Positions 19,258-30,090 of a DNA stretch of 64,000 bases are shown here, one piece after another. The first letter of the stretch is position 1, and every line of letters begins with the position of its first letter. The notes under the pieces were generated by a model. The model was not told the DNA's origin. It saw only the letters and a program-made list of their open reading frames with translations, and did no database searches. Source of the stretch: Chamaesiphon sp. (GTDB lineage: Bacteria > Cyanobacteriota > Cyanobacteriia > Cyanobacteriales > Chamaesiphonaceae); contig CBDFFH010000034.1 of NCBI GenBank assembly GCA_965246715.1, positions 92,316 through 156,315 on the forward strand. The letters are read 5' to 3'. A program made the position numbers and the translations under genes.

Positions 19258-22200
19258 TTATTGCTTCACCTTCTGCGGACAGGCAATGCTAGTCCCCGTC
19301 GGCTGTCCCTCACTCCCCGCAGCAATCAGGGTAACTTTTCCCTTACCATCAAATACCCAACCCACTGCTGGAGGTGCTAGCTTGACGGGATTAGTTGTCG
19401 CATTACTCACTGTTTGCTGGCTGCTGGCAGCGCGGGTATCTTGCCAAATGACATCACTAGTCAGTGGATCGTTCGCATTCGGTGGTAGTCCACCGCGCCC
19501 CGCCACAGTTAATTTATTCTCGCGGTTGCCAGCACTACAGGCTTGCGAGATCTGATTGCTGGCATCGGTAGGTACCTTCGGAAGTTCGGTACTGTCTTTG
19601 CCTGGATCTGTACCTGGGGTGGTGATATTGACTGTGCCATTTTGTCCGAAGGTGGAACTGGCAGTAATATCATTGGTAAATGGCGATCCTATGAGGCGAT
19701 ATTGGATGCCAAATAAACCTTGACTGTCGATCTTGACATTACCACCATTACCCCCATTAGCATTAGCGTTAATATCATTATTACCTGGAGGGGCAATAAT
19801 TAAGGGGCTACTAATGGTGATATTGCCACCATTCCCATTTCCACCGTTGGAGCCAGATTCACTCGAAATAGCACTATTATTTCGCATCAACAGCTTGTCG
19901 CCAAGGAAGATGCTAATATCGCCCCCCGTCGCAGTACTCCCAAACGATGTAACAGCACCCTGATTTAGTAGCAGCAATCGATCGCCAGTAATCGAGATAT
20001 TGCCAGCTTGTCCCGTACTCAGGCTACTAGTCGTTACTAGAGAAACGTTGTTAAGTTGAATCGATCCTTGGACGTTGAGATTAATATCGCCTGCTTTACC
20101 AGTCCCCTCTACTTTCGTCGTTTGGGATGTAATAGTGGCAATAGAACTATTGTTAGATAATTCTATTTCCCGTGCGGTAATATTAATACCTTTACTATTA
20201 CCTACTCCAGTTGGAGCGATTGCACTAATAATTGCTCCTCGATCGACAAGCAACTTACCCTGAGTATCAAGGGTGATTTTACCCGTATCACCCCGTCCAG
20301 AAGTACTACTATTAATCAAAGATCTATCTGAAGTTTTGGGGTTAATTGATGATGAATTATATCCAGATATCTTAATGTCTCCATTAGTTTTGATATTAAT
20401 ATCTCCCGCATTCCCTTGAGCAGATTGTAACGTACTAGTGGCAATGAAACTATTGTTAGCTAGTTCTATTTCTCGTGCGGTAATATTAATACCTTTACTA
20501 TTACCTACTGCATTTTCAGCGATCGAACTAGAAATGCTCCCATTATTAACAAGAGATAGCTTACCCTGAGTACCGATCGTAATTTTACCCGTATCACCCC
20601 GTCCAGACGTATCACTATTGATAGCTGATTTATTTGAAGTAGTGGGATTAATGGACGATAGATCGAATCCAGAGATCTTAATATTTCCTGTCGTTTTAAT
20701 ATTAATATCACCAGTATTACCTTGGCTATTTGGCGATGAACTTGTGTAAATAAGACTACGATTAGCTATTTCTAACTCTCGCGCAGTGATATTAATACCT
20801 TTGCTATTGCCGACTGCATTTTCAGCGATCGAATTACTAATCACTCCATTATTAACAAGAGATAGCTTACCCTGCGTATCGATCGTAATTTTACCTGCAT
20901 CACCTTGTCCTGAAGTATTACTACTGATTCCCGACAGGACGGAACTAGTGGACGATGGATCGAATCCAGATATCTTAATATCTCCTGTCGTTTTAATATT
21001 AATATCACCAGTATTACCTTGGCTATTTGGCAATGAGTTTGTAAAAATAGTACTACTATTAGCTAGTTCCAATTCGCGGGCAGTGATATTAATACCTTTG
21101 CTATTGCCGACTGCGTTTGAATTAATTGCACTACTAATCACCCCATTATTAGCAAGAGATAGCTTACCCTGAGTATCGATCGTAATTTTACCCGTATCAC
21201 CTTGCCCAGACGTATTACTAGTGATTTGCGATAGGACGGAATTAGTGGACGATGGATTGTATCCAGATATCTTAATATCTCCTGTCGTTTTGATATTTAT
21301 ATCTCCGGCATTCCCTTTACCATCCACTCGATTTGCTTGTGATGTGTTTGTAGCAATATAACCGCCATTAGCTAGTTCCAATTCGCGGGCAGTGATATTA
21401 ATACCTTTGCTATTGCCGACTGCGTTTGAATTAATTGAACTACTAATCACCCCATTATTAACAAGAGATAGCTTGCCCTGAGTATCGATCGTGATTTTAC
21501 CCGCATCACCCTGTCCAGATGTATCACTAGTGATTTGCGATATGACGGAACTAGTGGACGATGGATCGGCTCCAGAGATCTTAATATCTCCAGTGGTTTT
21601 AATATTAATATCTCCCGCATTCCCTTGATCATTTAGATTGTCACTGAAAATAATGCTGTTATTATTGACAGCTAAACCGCCATTAACGGTAATACCAATA
21701 TTTCCAGCATTACCCTTTCCAATTGTTGCTGTTGATATATTCGAGTTAGTGACAGCTAAATTGCCATTAACTATAAAGCTAAGATTTCCAGCATTACCCG
21801 TTCCTGCTGTTGCGGTTGATATACCAGAGTTGATAATATCTAAAGTACCAGCCTGAATTTTAATATCGCCAATACTCCCTTCAGCTCCAGAGCGCAAAGT
21901 ATTCTTAATAGTCGAGTTATTCAGACTAACTTTACCTGTGGCATCGATATTAATATTTCCGCCAGGTTTGGTTTGCACTCCCGAATTTGTGTCCAAACCT
22001 GCATCGATCGCGGTAAGTAGGGTACTTGAGTTTGCACCTGCGTTGAGCAAATCGAGATTATTAGCACTAATATTAATGCTACTACCATTAGAAGTAGCAT
22101 TATTGAAAAATGTATTAACGGTATCTAGAGTGCCTGTGGCACGAACTGTTATTCCCGCTCCATTAGTCAACAAGACATCACTGTGTTGCAATCCAGTGCC

Positions 22201-22941
22201 ACCGAATACCAAGCCATTATTATCGAGAGTAATGCTACCAGCACCCTTCAATCCCCCAATATCTATCCGTCCCCCAGGCGCGATAATTTTACCACCGCCC
22301 GTACTGCCGTCGAGGGTGACATTGCCACCGAGCAAACCGATGTATTGACTGTTATTCGGAGTTTGGAGCGTCCCAAAATTGCTAATCGCGCCATTGCCCC
22401 CACCCAGATTTAAGCGAGAGACATCAAACAACACATTTGGCGAGATACTCAATAACGGTGCATCACCATTCGGATTAGTCCCAAACGTAATCTTGCTGCC
22501 GCCAGCGACTAAATCGATACTATTGGCAGTACTCCCCACAAATGCTTTACCGACATTTAACTGAGCATTTGTCCCAAAGGTGATGCCATTGGGATTAATC
22601 AAAAAGAAATTCGCGCCATTGCTATTGACTGTCCCATTAATATCCGAAAATAAATTCCCCGTCACGCGGGTGATAATATCCCGATTGCCGACTGGATTGA
22701 TAAAATTAGCCTGTCCGTTCGTCGGTACAGAAAAATCGGTAAAGCTCTGAAATAGCGTTTGTCCCGTCCTCACGCCACCTGTAATCGTAAAGTTGTTACC
22801 ACTCCCCGATACTTGAGTGCCGAGGGTTTTATCGGCTACCGGAATTCGATTAGATGGTTGATAGGTTTGAGCATGGGTAGTTTGGGTGGTGAGAACTAGA
22901 CCGATGAGCGTGAGGAAGGACGGCAAAAATTTAGTTTTCAT
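19258..22941 (-). CDS. filamentous haemagglutinin-family exoprotein (TpsA)
   Basis: Signal peptide; LFQSFTDFSV and NPNGI TPS motifs; G/N/S/I-rich beta-helix repeats; GRGGLP C-terminal motif. Confidence 0.92.
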   Translation of the reverse strand: MKTKFLPSFLTLIGLVLTTQTTHAQTYQPSNRIPVADKTLGTQVSGSGNNFTITGGVRTGQTLFQSFTDFSVPTNGQANFINPVGNRDIITRVTGNLFSDINGTVNSNGANFFLINPNGITFGTNAQLNVGKAFVGSTANSIDLVAGGSKITFGTNPNGDAPLLSISPNVLFDVSRLNLGGGNGAISNFGTLQTPNNSQYIGLLGGNVTLDGSTGGGKIIAPGGRIDIGGLKGAGSITLDNNGLVFGGTGLQHSDVLLTNGAGITVRATGTLDTVNTFFNNATSNGSSINISANNLDLLNAGANSSTLLTAIDAGLDTNSGVQTKPGGNINIDATGKVSLNNSTIKNTLRSGAEGSIGDIKIQAGTLDIINSGISTATAGTGNAGNLSFIVNGNLAVTNSNISTATIGKGNAGNIGITVNGGLAVNNNSIIFSDNLNDQGNAGDINIKTTGDIKISGADPSSTSSVISQITSDTSGQGDAGKITIDTQGKLSLVNNGVISSSINSNAVGNSKGINITARELELANGGYIATNTSQANRVDGKGNAGDINIKTTGDIKISGYNPSSTNSVLSQITSNTSGQGDTGKITIDTQGKLSLANNGVISSAINSNAVGNSKGINITARELELANSSTIFTNSLPNSQGNTGDINIKTTGDIKISGFDPSSTSSVLSGISSNTSGQGDAGKITIDTQGKLSLVNNGVISNSIAENAVGNSKGINITARELEIANRSLIYTSSSPNSQGNTGDINIKTTGNIKISGFDLSSINPTTSNKSAINSDTSGRGDTGKITIGTQGKLSLVNNGSISSSIAENAVGNSKGINITAREIELANNSFIATSTLQSAQGNAGDINIKTNGDIKISGYNSSSINPKTSDRSLINSSTSGRGDTGKITLDTQGKLLVDRGAIISAIAPTGVGNSKGINITAREIELSNNSSIATITSQTTKVEGTGKAGDINLNVQGSIQLNNVSLVTTSSLSTGQAGNISITGDRLLLLNQGAVTSFGSTATGGDISIFLGDKLLMRNNSAISSESGSNGGNGNGGNITISSPLIIAPPGNNDINANANGGNGGNVKIDSQGLFGIQYRLIGSPFTNDITASSTFGQNGTVNITTPGTDPGKDSTELPKVPTDASNQISQACSAGNRENKLTVAGRGGLPPNANDPLTSDVIWQDTRAASSQQTVSNATTNPVKLAPPAVGWVFDGKGKVTLIAAGSEGQPTGTSIACPQKVKQ
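20150..21630 (-). repeat. five ~300-bp intragenic tandem repeats
   Basis: ATATTAATACCTTT.CTATT marker near 20180, 20483, 20789, 21086 and 21395; protein unit ...GKITIDTQGKLSL...AVGNSKGINITARE... Confidence 0.9.
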
Positions 22942-23015
22942 CGTAGTAGTGTAAACGGAGATTGTGCTGGACTGAGGAAATGGGAAACTCGGTATTTATC
23001 TATTTCTAAAGCTAT

Positions 23016-25418
23016 TTATTGCCAATTACCAACCAAGACAAATGGTGCCCAAAAGTAGGGAGAGCGATATTTAGGATTGCGGAGCAGAGCTTGTTGCGCC
23101 TGTCGCAACGATTCGCCTTTTCTCAGATTTTTATTGGCTAGATTTTGGTAAAGATTAATCATCAAATCTTGAGTAGACTCGTCATCAACCCGCCATAAGG
23201 AAGCGATCGTACTTTTGGCTCTCGCCCTGACAGCTACGCCTGCCAAACCTAATGTAGCACGGTTGTCTCCAGTGGCTGTTTCACAAGCACTCAATACCAA
23301 TAAATCGATCGCATTACCAGCGCGAGTGCCGCGATCCTTGAGCAGATTGCTAAATTGGTCGAGATTGAGTCGATCGTTCCAAGTTAAAATATAAGTATCT
23401 TCAGCTTTAGAACTAAACTGTCCATGCGTGGCAAAATGGACGATCGGGGCATTACTAGCAACTAAATTAGTAGAAACAAGTTTATTATTAAATTGTTCGT
23501 TAAACAGTGTTTGATGGGGCAATAACCGTCCGATCGATTCGATTTCTGCTTTGGTATTTGGTAAAGCCGAAAATTTTTGATTGCTTTCAGAGATACCACC
23601 TAATAAAGCTTGCGATCGAATTCGATCTGTCGGATTTTGGGGTGGAACTAGCTGCAAGCCTGGTGTTAACGCTAGATTATAACTCTCGACTAAATATTTA
23701 TTGCCATCATACAATACTGACATCGGAATATTGCGGAAGGCTCCATCTAAAACAAAGACTAAAGTTTTAGTTTGGGCGGCGGCGAGATCTCCCGCGAGAG
23801 GAGCGAGGAGGAGAGCGTAGATTTGTTGGGACTGTTGTTTGAAGGCTTTTTCTTGCTGCGGATTAAAACTAGGAACTTGAATTTTGCTTTGCAGTCCAGC
23901 TACAGTTTCTTCGACTGTTGTTGCAGCTATTTTTTGACTATAATAACGCAGTGGTTGTCCAGGAATAGATGCAATTGTAGCAACTCGATCGGGTAAAATA
24001 ATTGGATAAATTACTGCTGCCGATCGATCGATTTTATCTAGTTGGACGGTATATGTATCCAAACAACCTTGACGCAGAAAATTTTCTAATTCGGCTACTT
24101 GTAGTGATTCGATCGTCTCGCGAACATTGGCTAAATTCTCTTCAGATATTTTCTTACCATCTCTTAATAAAAGGTTGACATATTCCCGATAGACTGGTTC
24201 GACGCTATCGCGAAAGGAAAATTGGAGATCGGCATCGATCGCATTGAGATCGTTGCGGAGTAATTTGAGATGATTAATTGCTTGACGATAAGCTGAAGTT
24301 GCAGTTTCCAGATCGAGATCTCTAGGATTGCTAGCGGTAATAATTTTACCCAGTTGCCAATCGAGCCGATAGGCAAGATCTGGAGCTGGCAGATTTTCAG
24401 CAATTACTAGTGCTTTTTGAGTTAAATTCTTGGCTTCTGCATTTTGACCTGTTAAGGCATATAGACTACCCAAAGAGCCGACGGCTTGAGCTTCGCCGCG
24501 CAGATCTTTAATGATTCTAGCTTGCTCGATCGCAGTAGTCAATAGTCGCGCAACTGGCATTAATATCTCTCGATCGACAGTGCCAGTTTCTTGATTATTC
24601 TTGATAGTTTCTGCTAAATTAATATAAGCATAAATCGTACTGCGACTAGGCGCGATCGAGTCTAAAGTCTTTCGAGTATCCGTTAAGAATGTCAGCGTAT
24701 TCGGTGCAGTTTTCTGGGTTGACTGAGTTCGATATAAATTAATCTGAGCCTGGATTCTAACTAGTGGTACAGCATTTGGCGCAATCTTTTGATAAGTATC
24801 GATCGCTGCTTGTTCTTGTTCCGCACCGCCGATGAGATTGAGCGTCGTTCCCAAGCTTAAATTAATGCGATCGATCGCCGCTCGATCTTGAAGCGATGTG
24901 GCAATCTTGAGGGATTGAGTCAGCGTTTCCTTCGCACCTAAAGTGATACCTTGATTATTGGTATTTGTCGTTTTTTGTTCGAGCAATCTGAGGGCGCGGA
25001 GTGAGTTACCCAGTCCGAGTAAGCCCTGCATTTTCAGCTCTGAATCTGGTTGCTGCTGGAGACTAGTATTAACTTCTTGTAAAGTTAATGCTGCTTGTCG
25101 ATAAAATCCTAGCGATTGGAGAGCTTGAGCCTGGTTAATTTTAGTACCGATGATACCTTTAGCATCTTTAATTCGGGTATAAAGTTGATGCGCTGCTTGC
25201 CAATCTGCCAATGCTCGATCGGGTTTACCTGCTGCTAAAAATTCGCCACCGCGTTGATTTAATGTTTGAGCGGCTGTCAGGAGCGGATTGTTATTAGAAT
25301 TTACCGTGTTATTTTCAGCAGTTGCAGTTGTGGCAGTAGGAAGATTATTCGCAGTTACGGGCAATATTGTCAGGATACTGAATAAGAGAATCGATCTATA
25401 TATGTTGAGGTAATTCAT
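23016..25418 (-). CDS. TPR-CHAT domain (caspase-like) protein
   Basis: HFATHG and LSACET catalytic dyad motifs; SLWRVDD; PYFWAPFVLVGNW; TPR-like N-terminal helices. Confidence 0.93.
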   Translation of the reverse strand: MNYLNIYRSILLFSILTILPVTANNLPTATTATAENNTVNSNNNPLLTAAQTLNQRGGEFLAAGKPDRALADWQAAHQLYTRIKDAKGIIGTKINQAQALQSLGFYRQAALTLQEVNTSLQQQPDSELKMQGLLGLGNSLRALRLLEQKTTNTNNQGITLGAKETLTQSLKIATSLQDRAAIDRINLSLGTTLNLIGGAEQEQAAIDTYQKIAPNAVPLVRIQAQINLYRTQSTQKTAPNTLTFLTDTRKTLDSIAPSRSTIYAYINLAETIKNNQETGTVDREILMPVARLLTTAIEQARIIKDLRGEAQAVGSLGSLYALTGQNAEAKNLTQKALVIAENLPAPDLAYRLDWQLGKIITASNPRDLDLETATSAYRQAINHLKLLRNDLNAIDADLQFSFRDSVEPVYREYVNLLLRDGKKISEENLANVRETIESLQVAELENFLRQGCLDTYTVQLDKIDRSAAVIYPIILPDRVATIASIPGQPLRYYSQKIAATTVEETVAGLQSKIQVPSFNPQQEKAFKQQSQQIYALLLAPLAGDLAAAQTKTLVFVLDGAFRNIPMSVLYDGNKYLVESYNLALTPGLQLVPPQNPTDRIRSQALLGGISESNQKFSALPNTKAEIESIGRLLPHQTLFNEQFNNKLVSTNLVASNAPIVHFATHGQFSSKAEDTYILTWNDRLNLDQFSNLLKDRGTRAGNAIDLLVLSACETATGDNRATLGLAGVAVRARAKSTIASLWRVDDESTQDLMINLYQNLANKNLRKGESLRQAQQALLRNPKYRSPYFWAPFVLVGNWQ

Positions 25419-25480
25419 ACATTTGAAGTTATTTAAATTCGATCGAGCTGATTAAAAATATTGGCGATCGGCGTAGATCT

Positions 25481-25532
25481 GAGGGTACCCAGAAAGGGCA
25501 CCCCTACCCAATTAATCTGTAGGGGTACCCTA
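25481..25532. repeat. paired GTAG-type REP-like palindromes
   Basis: GAGGGTACCC...GGGCACCCCTAC followed by GTAGGGGTACCC. Confidence 0.5.
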
Positions 25533-25588
25533 ACAATCTCTGCTATTACTAATATCTCCATATTGGTGCAAGATGTGAACAAACATAT

Positions 25589-27397
25589 TTAAAACGATCG
25601 ATTGTAATTGAGCGAAAAATAAAATCCGTTTTCTTGACCAGTGCGCTTAATCGTATCGATCGATTTAAACGGAATCCCATAATCTAGTCTGGCACTGAAA
25701 TTATCCCCACCTTGATAGCGCAATCCTAGTCCACCAGAAGCGATCGTACTGGGGTTCGGATTGGGACTGGGGTTATTTGGTTGATTCCAGCCCAAACCAA
25801 AATCCAAAAAGGGGACGATTTGCAATATTTGCTTGCTTTCTGGCGGCGTGAAAATCGGGAATCGCACTTCCGCACTAGCGATAATCCCGTTATCTGCGAG
25901 TAATAAATCCTGACGATAGCCGCGCACGGTATCTTGTCCCCCCAAGCCAATTTGTTCGAGAGCGAGTAAGGGTCGATCTGCTAGTTGAGTTTCTAATTTG
26001 AATAGGAAGATACTATTGGGAGCCAAAGCCCGAACGTACTGAGCCTGTCCGCGCCAACTCAAAAATTGACTATCTGGCGAACTGGAATTGGTGGTCGCAC
26101 CGAGCGCATTTACGCCCAGACTAACTTGCGATCGTAATGCGAAAACTTGCTGGGTATCCTTAACTGTATAATCCTGGAAAAAACGCGCTGCTGTCACCCT
26201 CGTCAAGCCATTAGCATCCGCACCAGGCGTGGGATATGCGATCCGTTCGCCGATGACGGAGAAGAGATAGCCCGTATTCGTCTCGCGCCGAGCTACTGTG
26301 ACTCCCAGCGCAAATTCTTGGGATGGCGTTTGAACGATCGGTTGGCGATAAGTCAACCCAAAATCTTGCCCATTACTATTGATATCCAACCGATCGAATG
26401 GTGATTCGATTACCCGACTCGCAGAGTTACTATATTGAAAGCGGAGTGTCCCATTGCGCGGATTTAGTGGCAAAGTATAGTTAAAATCAAAGGCGCTACT
26501 CGCCTCACTTTTGCCATAGGCGATCCCAATTCCATCACCCACACCCGTCAGATTATTCTGGGATGCAGAGACTTGGGCTTGAATTTCGCCCACACTCGGA
26601 GTCCGATTATTGGCAATATTGATGCTCGTTTGCCAATTGGGAGTTTCGCTGATTTTGAGCTGGACGATGCTCGTACCAGGTTGCTGTCCGCTGACTAGTT
26701 CCGTGCTGATACTTTTAATCAGTGGATCGAGTTGCAACAGTTGTAGACTCTCGATCAATCGATCGATCTTCAGGACTTTACCCGCACCCAGCGCGATCCG
26801 ACTCTTAATATAATTGGGGTCTAATCGCCTAGTCCCAGTAACGACAATATCTTCGACCCGACCTTCAATAACTTTAATCTCGATCGTCCCACCTTGAGCA
26901 TCGAAAGATTGATTACCTGGAATATAAGCCCCAGAATTGATATAGCCATTCTTGACATATAACTGAGTAATCTCGCTGGAAACTTGGAGCAGTTGGGCAA
27001 AGTCAAGAGGTTTGTTGGTATATTTTCCGGTGATTTGAGCGAGGTCGGCGGGGGTAAAGACAGTGCTACCAGTAACTTCAAAGCGTTTGATAACGATCGA
27101 GTCTGGGAGGTTAGTCGGCGCAATTGGTTGGCGGGGGAGATTTTGAGTAGGAGTGCTAGGGAGAATTTCCTGTGAGGGTGGGAGTTGAGGTTTGGGTGGT
27201 GGTTCGACGGGTTGAGGTGCAGGTCTTTGGAAATCGGGACGTGGTAGAGTTGGCGTTGCTTGGGCAAGATCTCCTTGAGTTGTTATCTGGGGAATTGTGG
27301 CCGCAAATCCGACAGAAATATTTAGAATCAGCAATAATGCACTTGAAATTGTAGATATTATAGTAAATGAATTGAGGTTTAAAATTGATTTAAGCAC
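25589..27397 (-). CDS. ShlB/FhaC/HecB family two-partner secretion transporter (TpsB)
   Basis: POTRA YVKNGYINSGA; VRGY motif; terminal Phe. Confidence 0.93.
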   Translation of the reverse strand: MLKSILNLNSFTIISTISSALLLILNISVGFAATIPQITTQGDLAQATPTLPRPDFQRPAPQPVEPPPKPQLPPSQEILPSTPTQNLPRQPIAPTNLPDSIVIKRFEVTGSTVFTPADLAQITGKYTNKPLDFAQLLQVSSEITQLYVKNGYINSGAYIPGNQSFDAQGGTIEIKVIEGRVEDIVVTGTRRLDPNYIKSRIALGAGKVLKIDRLIESLQLLQLDPLIKSISTELVSGQQPGTSIVQLKISETPNWQTSINIANNRTPSVGEIQAQVSASQNNLTGVGDGIGIAYGKSEASSAFDFNYTLPLNPRNGTLRFQYSNSASRVIESPFDRLDINSNGQDFGLTYRQPIVQTPSQEFALGVTVARRETNTGYLFSVIGERIAYPTPGADANGLTRVTAARFFQDYTVKDTQQVFALRSQVSLGVNALGATTNSSSPDSQFLSWRGQAQYVRALAPNSIFLFKLETQLADRPLLALEQIGLGGQDTVRGYRQDLLLADNGIIASAEVRFPIFTPPESKQILQIVPFLDFGLGWNQPNNPSPNPNPSTIASGGLGLRYQGGDNFSARLDYGIPFKSIDTIKRTGQENGFYFSLNYNRSF

Positions 27398-27779
27398 GAG
27401 TTATTAGTTATTTGGTTGAATATTTTGCAATAAATATTATCTAAATCCCAGCTATTTGCTTATCAGATTTGGAGAATCAACACTATTTACCATTAGTTTT
27501 CCTGGCGCTCCCACATTAACTAAAGTCTCTTTTCAACTATTAAATACCAATTTAGACTATCAAATACCAAACCCATAAATGAAACTTTTGAACTATTTAA
27601 GTCATGCTTAACATAGTGTAGCAGGCTGTGAAAGCCCATATTACTTAATATTAAACTAATAGCGCATATTATTTATCAATTTTTACTTACCAGAAAAAGT
27701 ACGCTATTTATCGTAGTTAGTAAATTATTTGACACGAGAGATCGATTGCGACCGCTCAAGCCGTTCGGTAACTAATCTA

Positions 27780-27797
27780 ACGTGAGTTCGGGATAAG
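27780..27797 (+). mobile_element. solo terminal inverted repeat of the 58032-58268 element family
   Basis: ACGTGAGTTCGGGATAAG, 17/18 identical to ACGTCAGTTCGGGATAAG at 58032. Confidence 0.65.
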
Positions 27798-27839
27798 TAA
27801 AGGAGCAGAAAAGGGGCAAATCACGTTAAAATAATTTGC

Positions 27840-28751
27840 CTAAACTCCCTCCACAGCTGCTCGTAATTGCCCATGATTTTTAGCTAATATTTCCTCAGCA
27901 TGAGGTCGATCGATTTGAGTCCAGTGCATCAACAGCGCCACTTTTACCGATCGACCGCTAGCTTCCAATAGCTTCCTCGCAGCATCGCGTTCCAACTGCG
28001 TCAGATCTTGAATCATTTGCAACGCGCGATCGAGTAACTTGGTATTGGTCACGGCAACATCCACCATCCGATTGCCATAGACCTTACCCAACTTGACCAT
28101 CGTCCCGGTTGAGAGAATATTTAACGCCATCTTGGTCACAGTGCCTGATTTTAGCCTAGTAGAACCCGATAAAATCTCTGGCCCCACAATTAACCTAATT
28201 TCGATATCGGCATTGCTGGCGACCTGATTTGCTGGCACACAAGTCATGAAAATCGTCCCTGCACCCCGAGCTTTGGCCGCATCGATCGCGCCATGCACGT
28301 AAGGAGTCGTACCACCAGCTGCAGTCCCCACCACCACATCATGTTTGCCGATCTGCCGATCGACCATTGCTTGGGCACCATCGCTAGCAATATCTTCTAA
28401 ACCTTCCGAGCTTTTCACCAATGCCCCCGCACCACCTGCGAGAATTCCTTGTACCAGCTCCGGCGGCGTGCAAAACGTGGGTGGACATTCCGCCGCATCG
28501 AGTACGCCCAAACGACCGCTAGTGCCCGCCCCGATATAAAACAATCGACCCCCCTGACGCAGCGAGTCGGCAATAAAATCGATCGATTTGGCTAATTCCG
28601 CTCTAGCACTGGCGATCGCATTTAGAGTATTTACATCTTCTTTGTTAAATAAATCTACCAGTTCCAAACTGCTGAGTCGATCGAGATTGGCACTATTGAC
28701 ATTTACCTGTTCGGTTAATAAATGCCCCCTGGTGTGTAGATTATTTGTCAT
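27840..28751 (-). CDS. murQ: N-acetylmuramic acid 6-phosphate etherase
   Basis: GAGTSGRLGVLDAAECPPTF and GPEILSGSTRLKSGT motifs. Confidence 0.96.
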   Translation of the reverse strand: MTNNLHTRGHLLTEQVNVNSANLDRLSSLELVDLFNKEDVNTLNAIASARAELAKSIDFIADSLRQGGRLFYIGAGTSGRLGVLDAAECPPTFCTPPELVQGILAGGAGALVKSSEGLEDIASDGAQAMVDRQIGKHDVVVGTAAGGTTPYVHGAIDAAKARGAGTIFMTCVPANQVASNADIEIRLIVGPEILSGSTRLKSGTVTKMALNILSTGTMVKLGKVYGNRMVDVAVTNTKLLDRALQMIQDLTQLERDAARKLLEASGRSVKVALLMHWTQIDRPHAEEILAKNHGQLRAAVEGV

Positions 28752-28804
28752 TTCTGCTTTAAATTCCCCTTCTCGGAGGGGTTAAGTATAAGTTCTGGCT
28801 ATGT

Positions 28805-29179
28805 TTATAACAATCTTTCCAAGCGTTTGCGCATGGCATCGAGATCGATACTCTCCTCTTCTGTCTCAACTTGCGGTTGCTTCCGTCCCTCTGGTTGCCA
28901 ATCGGTTTCTTCGATATTCTGCGATGGTGGTGTTACCAGCATTTCCGCAGTCACAAGGATGCAATCATAGTCGGACTCTTGACAAAATTCTTCGATCTCT
29001 TCGGGATCGATGCCTTCAACAGTCGGTTTGGGGAAGTCTTCAGCCTCCAATTGATCGGCATAGCGCACCGCGTCATCTTCTTGCTCGAACATTAAAATCA
29101 CATTGCGATCGCCAACTTGGGTGGAATAAATTCCCTCATTGTCGGTGCGAGCATTAAATAATAAGACAAATACACTCAT
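28805..29179 (-). CDS. DUF3110 family protein
   Basis: VFVLLFNARTDNEGI, FEQEDDAVRYA and RKRLERLL motifs; ATG 29179. Confidence 0.85.
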   Translation of the reverse strand: MSVFVLLFNARTDNEGIYSTQVGDRNVILMFEQEDDAVRYADQLEAEDFPKPTVEGIDPEEIEEFCQESDYDCILVTAEMLVTPPSQNIEETDWQPEGRKQPQVETEEESIDLDAMRKRLERLL

Positions 29180-29374
29180 AATCTCGTGCGTGTAGTATTT
29201 GGTATTTAGTGTGAATTTAAAACTATTCCCTAAACCGCAATTTCCATCATAAGCTGGAATGGCGTAATGGGGATCGATTCGACTGAGGGAATAGGGGATA
29301 GGCAAGGTAAAAACAGTACTTAATACTTACTTTAAGTAGAGCTAAGATTGTCGATCGCATCTAGCATCTAGCCA

Positions 29375-30088
29375 CTAGATGGATCTGCCATAATAAGCCT
29401 GAAGGGGATGTTGGGGATCGACTTGGTTATTCAACCACGCCCACAGTTGGTCGCCGATCGAAAAATGCCACCATTCTGCTGGATGCCGAGCAAACCCCGC
29501 ATAATTCATAATTTGACATAATATTTGGCGATTGCGGTGGTATTGTTGGGCGATCGGATCGGTTGCATCGCTAAAATATGCTGGTTGCGATCTTGCCGAC
29601 ATTTCATCGATCGGTGAACCCATATCCACCGCCATGCCCCGCTCATCTACTAGTGTCAGATCGATCGCCGCTCCGGTACTATGTGGTGGTGGGGTGTCTA
29701 AATCGAAACTCGGAATCGCCCAAATTTGGTAAACATCTTGCCAAATTTGCTCTGTCTGCGCTGGCGATAATCGAGCCAGATCCAAGCCGCGATCGGCTAC
29801 TGTGTGCTGGAATGTATAATCCACCATATATTGCTGGACTTCCACAGGACGATAGGCATCAAAGATTTGAATCTGCCACCCAGGATGTAAGTGTTGCAAT
29901 TTTTCTTGCGCTTGAATTACCCGATCGAGTACGCCCTGACGGAGATAATAAGGTGATTTTCCAGCATAATCTGCACCACATTTAATATACGGGTGCGGCA
30001 TTTCGACAGCAAATAACCGTAATGGAATGGGGACTAAAGCTTCACCACATTCTTGAATCGGAACTTGGCGGTAGGGTTTCATCTGCAT
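29375..30088 (-). CDS. D-alanyl-D-alanine dipeptidase (peptidase M15)
   Basis: DAYRP, PPHSTGAAIDLT and EWWHF motifs. Confidence 0.9.
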   Translation of the reverse strand: MQMKPYRQVPIQECGEALVPIPLRLFAVEMPHPYIKCGADYAGKSPYYLRQGVLDRVIQAQEKLQHLHPGWQIQIFDAYRPVEVQQYMVDYTFQHTVADRGLDLARLSPAQTEQIWQDVYQIWAIPSFDLDTPPPHSTGAAIDLTLVDERGMAVDMGSPIDEMSARSQPAYFSDATDPIAQQYHRNRQILCQIMNYAGFARHPAEWWHFSIGDQLWAWLNNQVDPQHPLQAYYGRSI

Positions 30089-30090
30089 GG

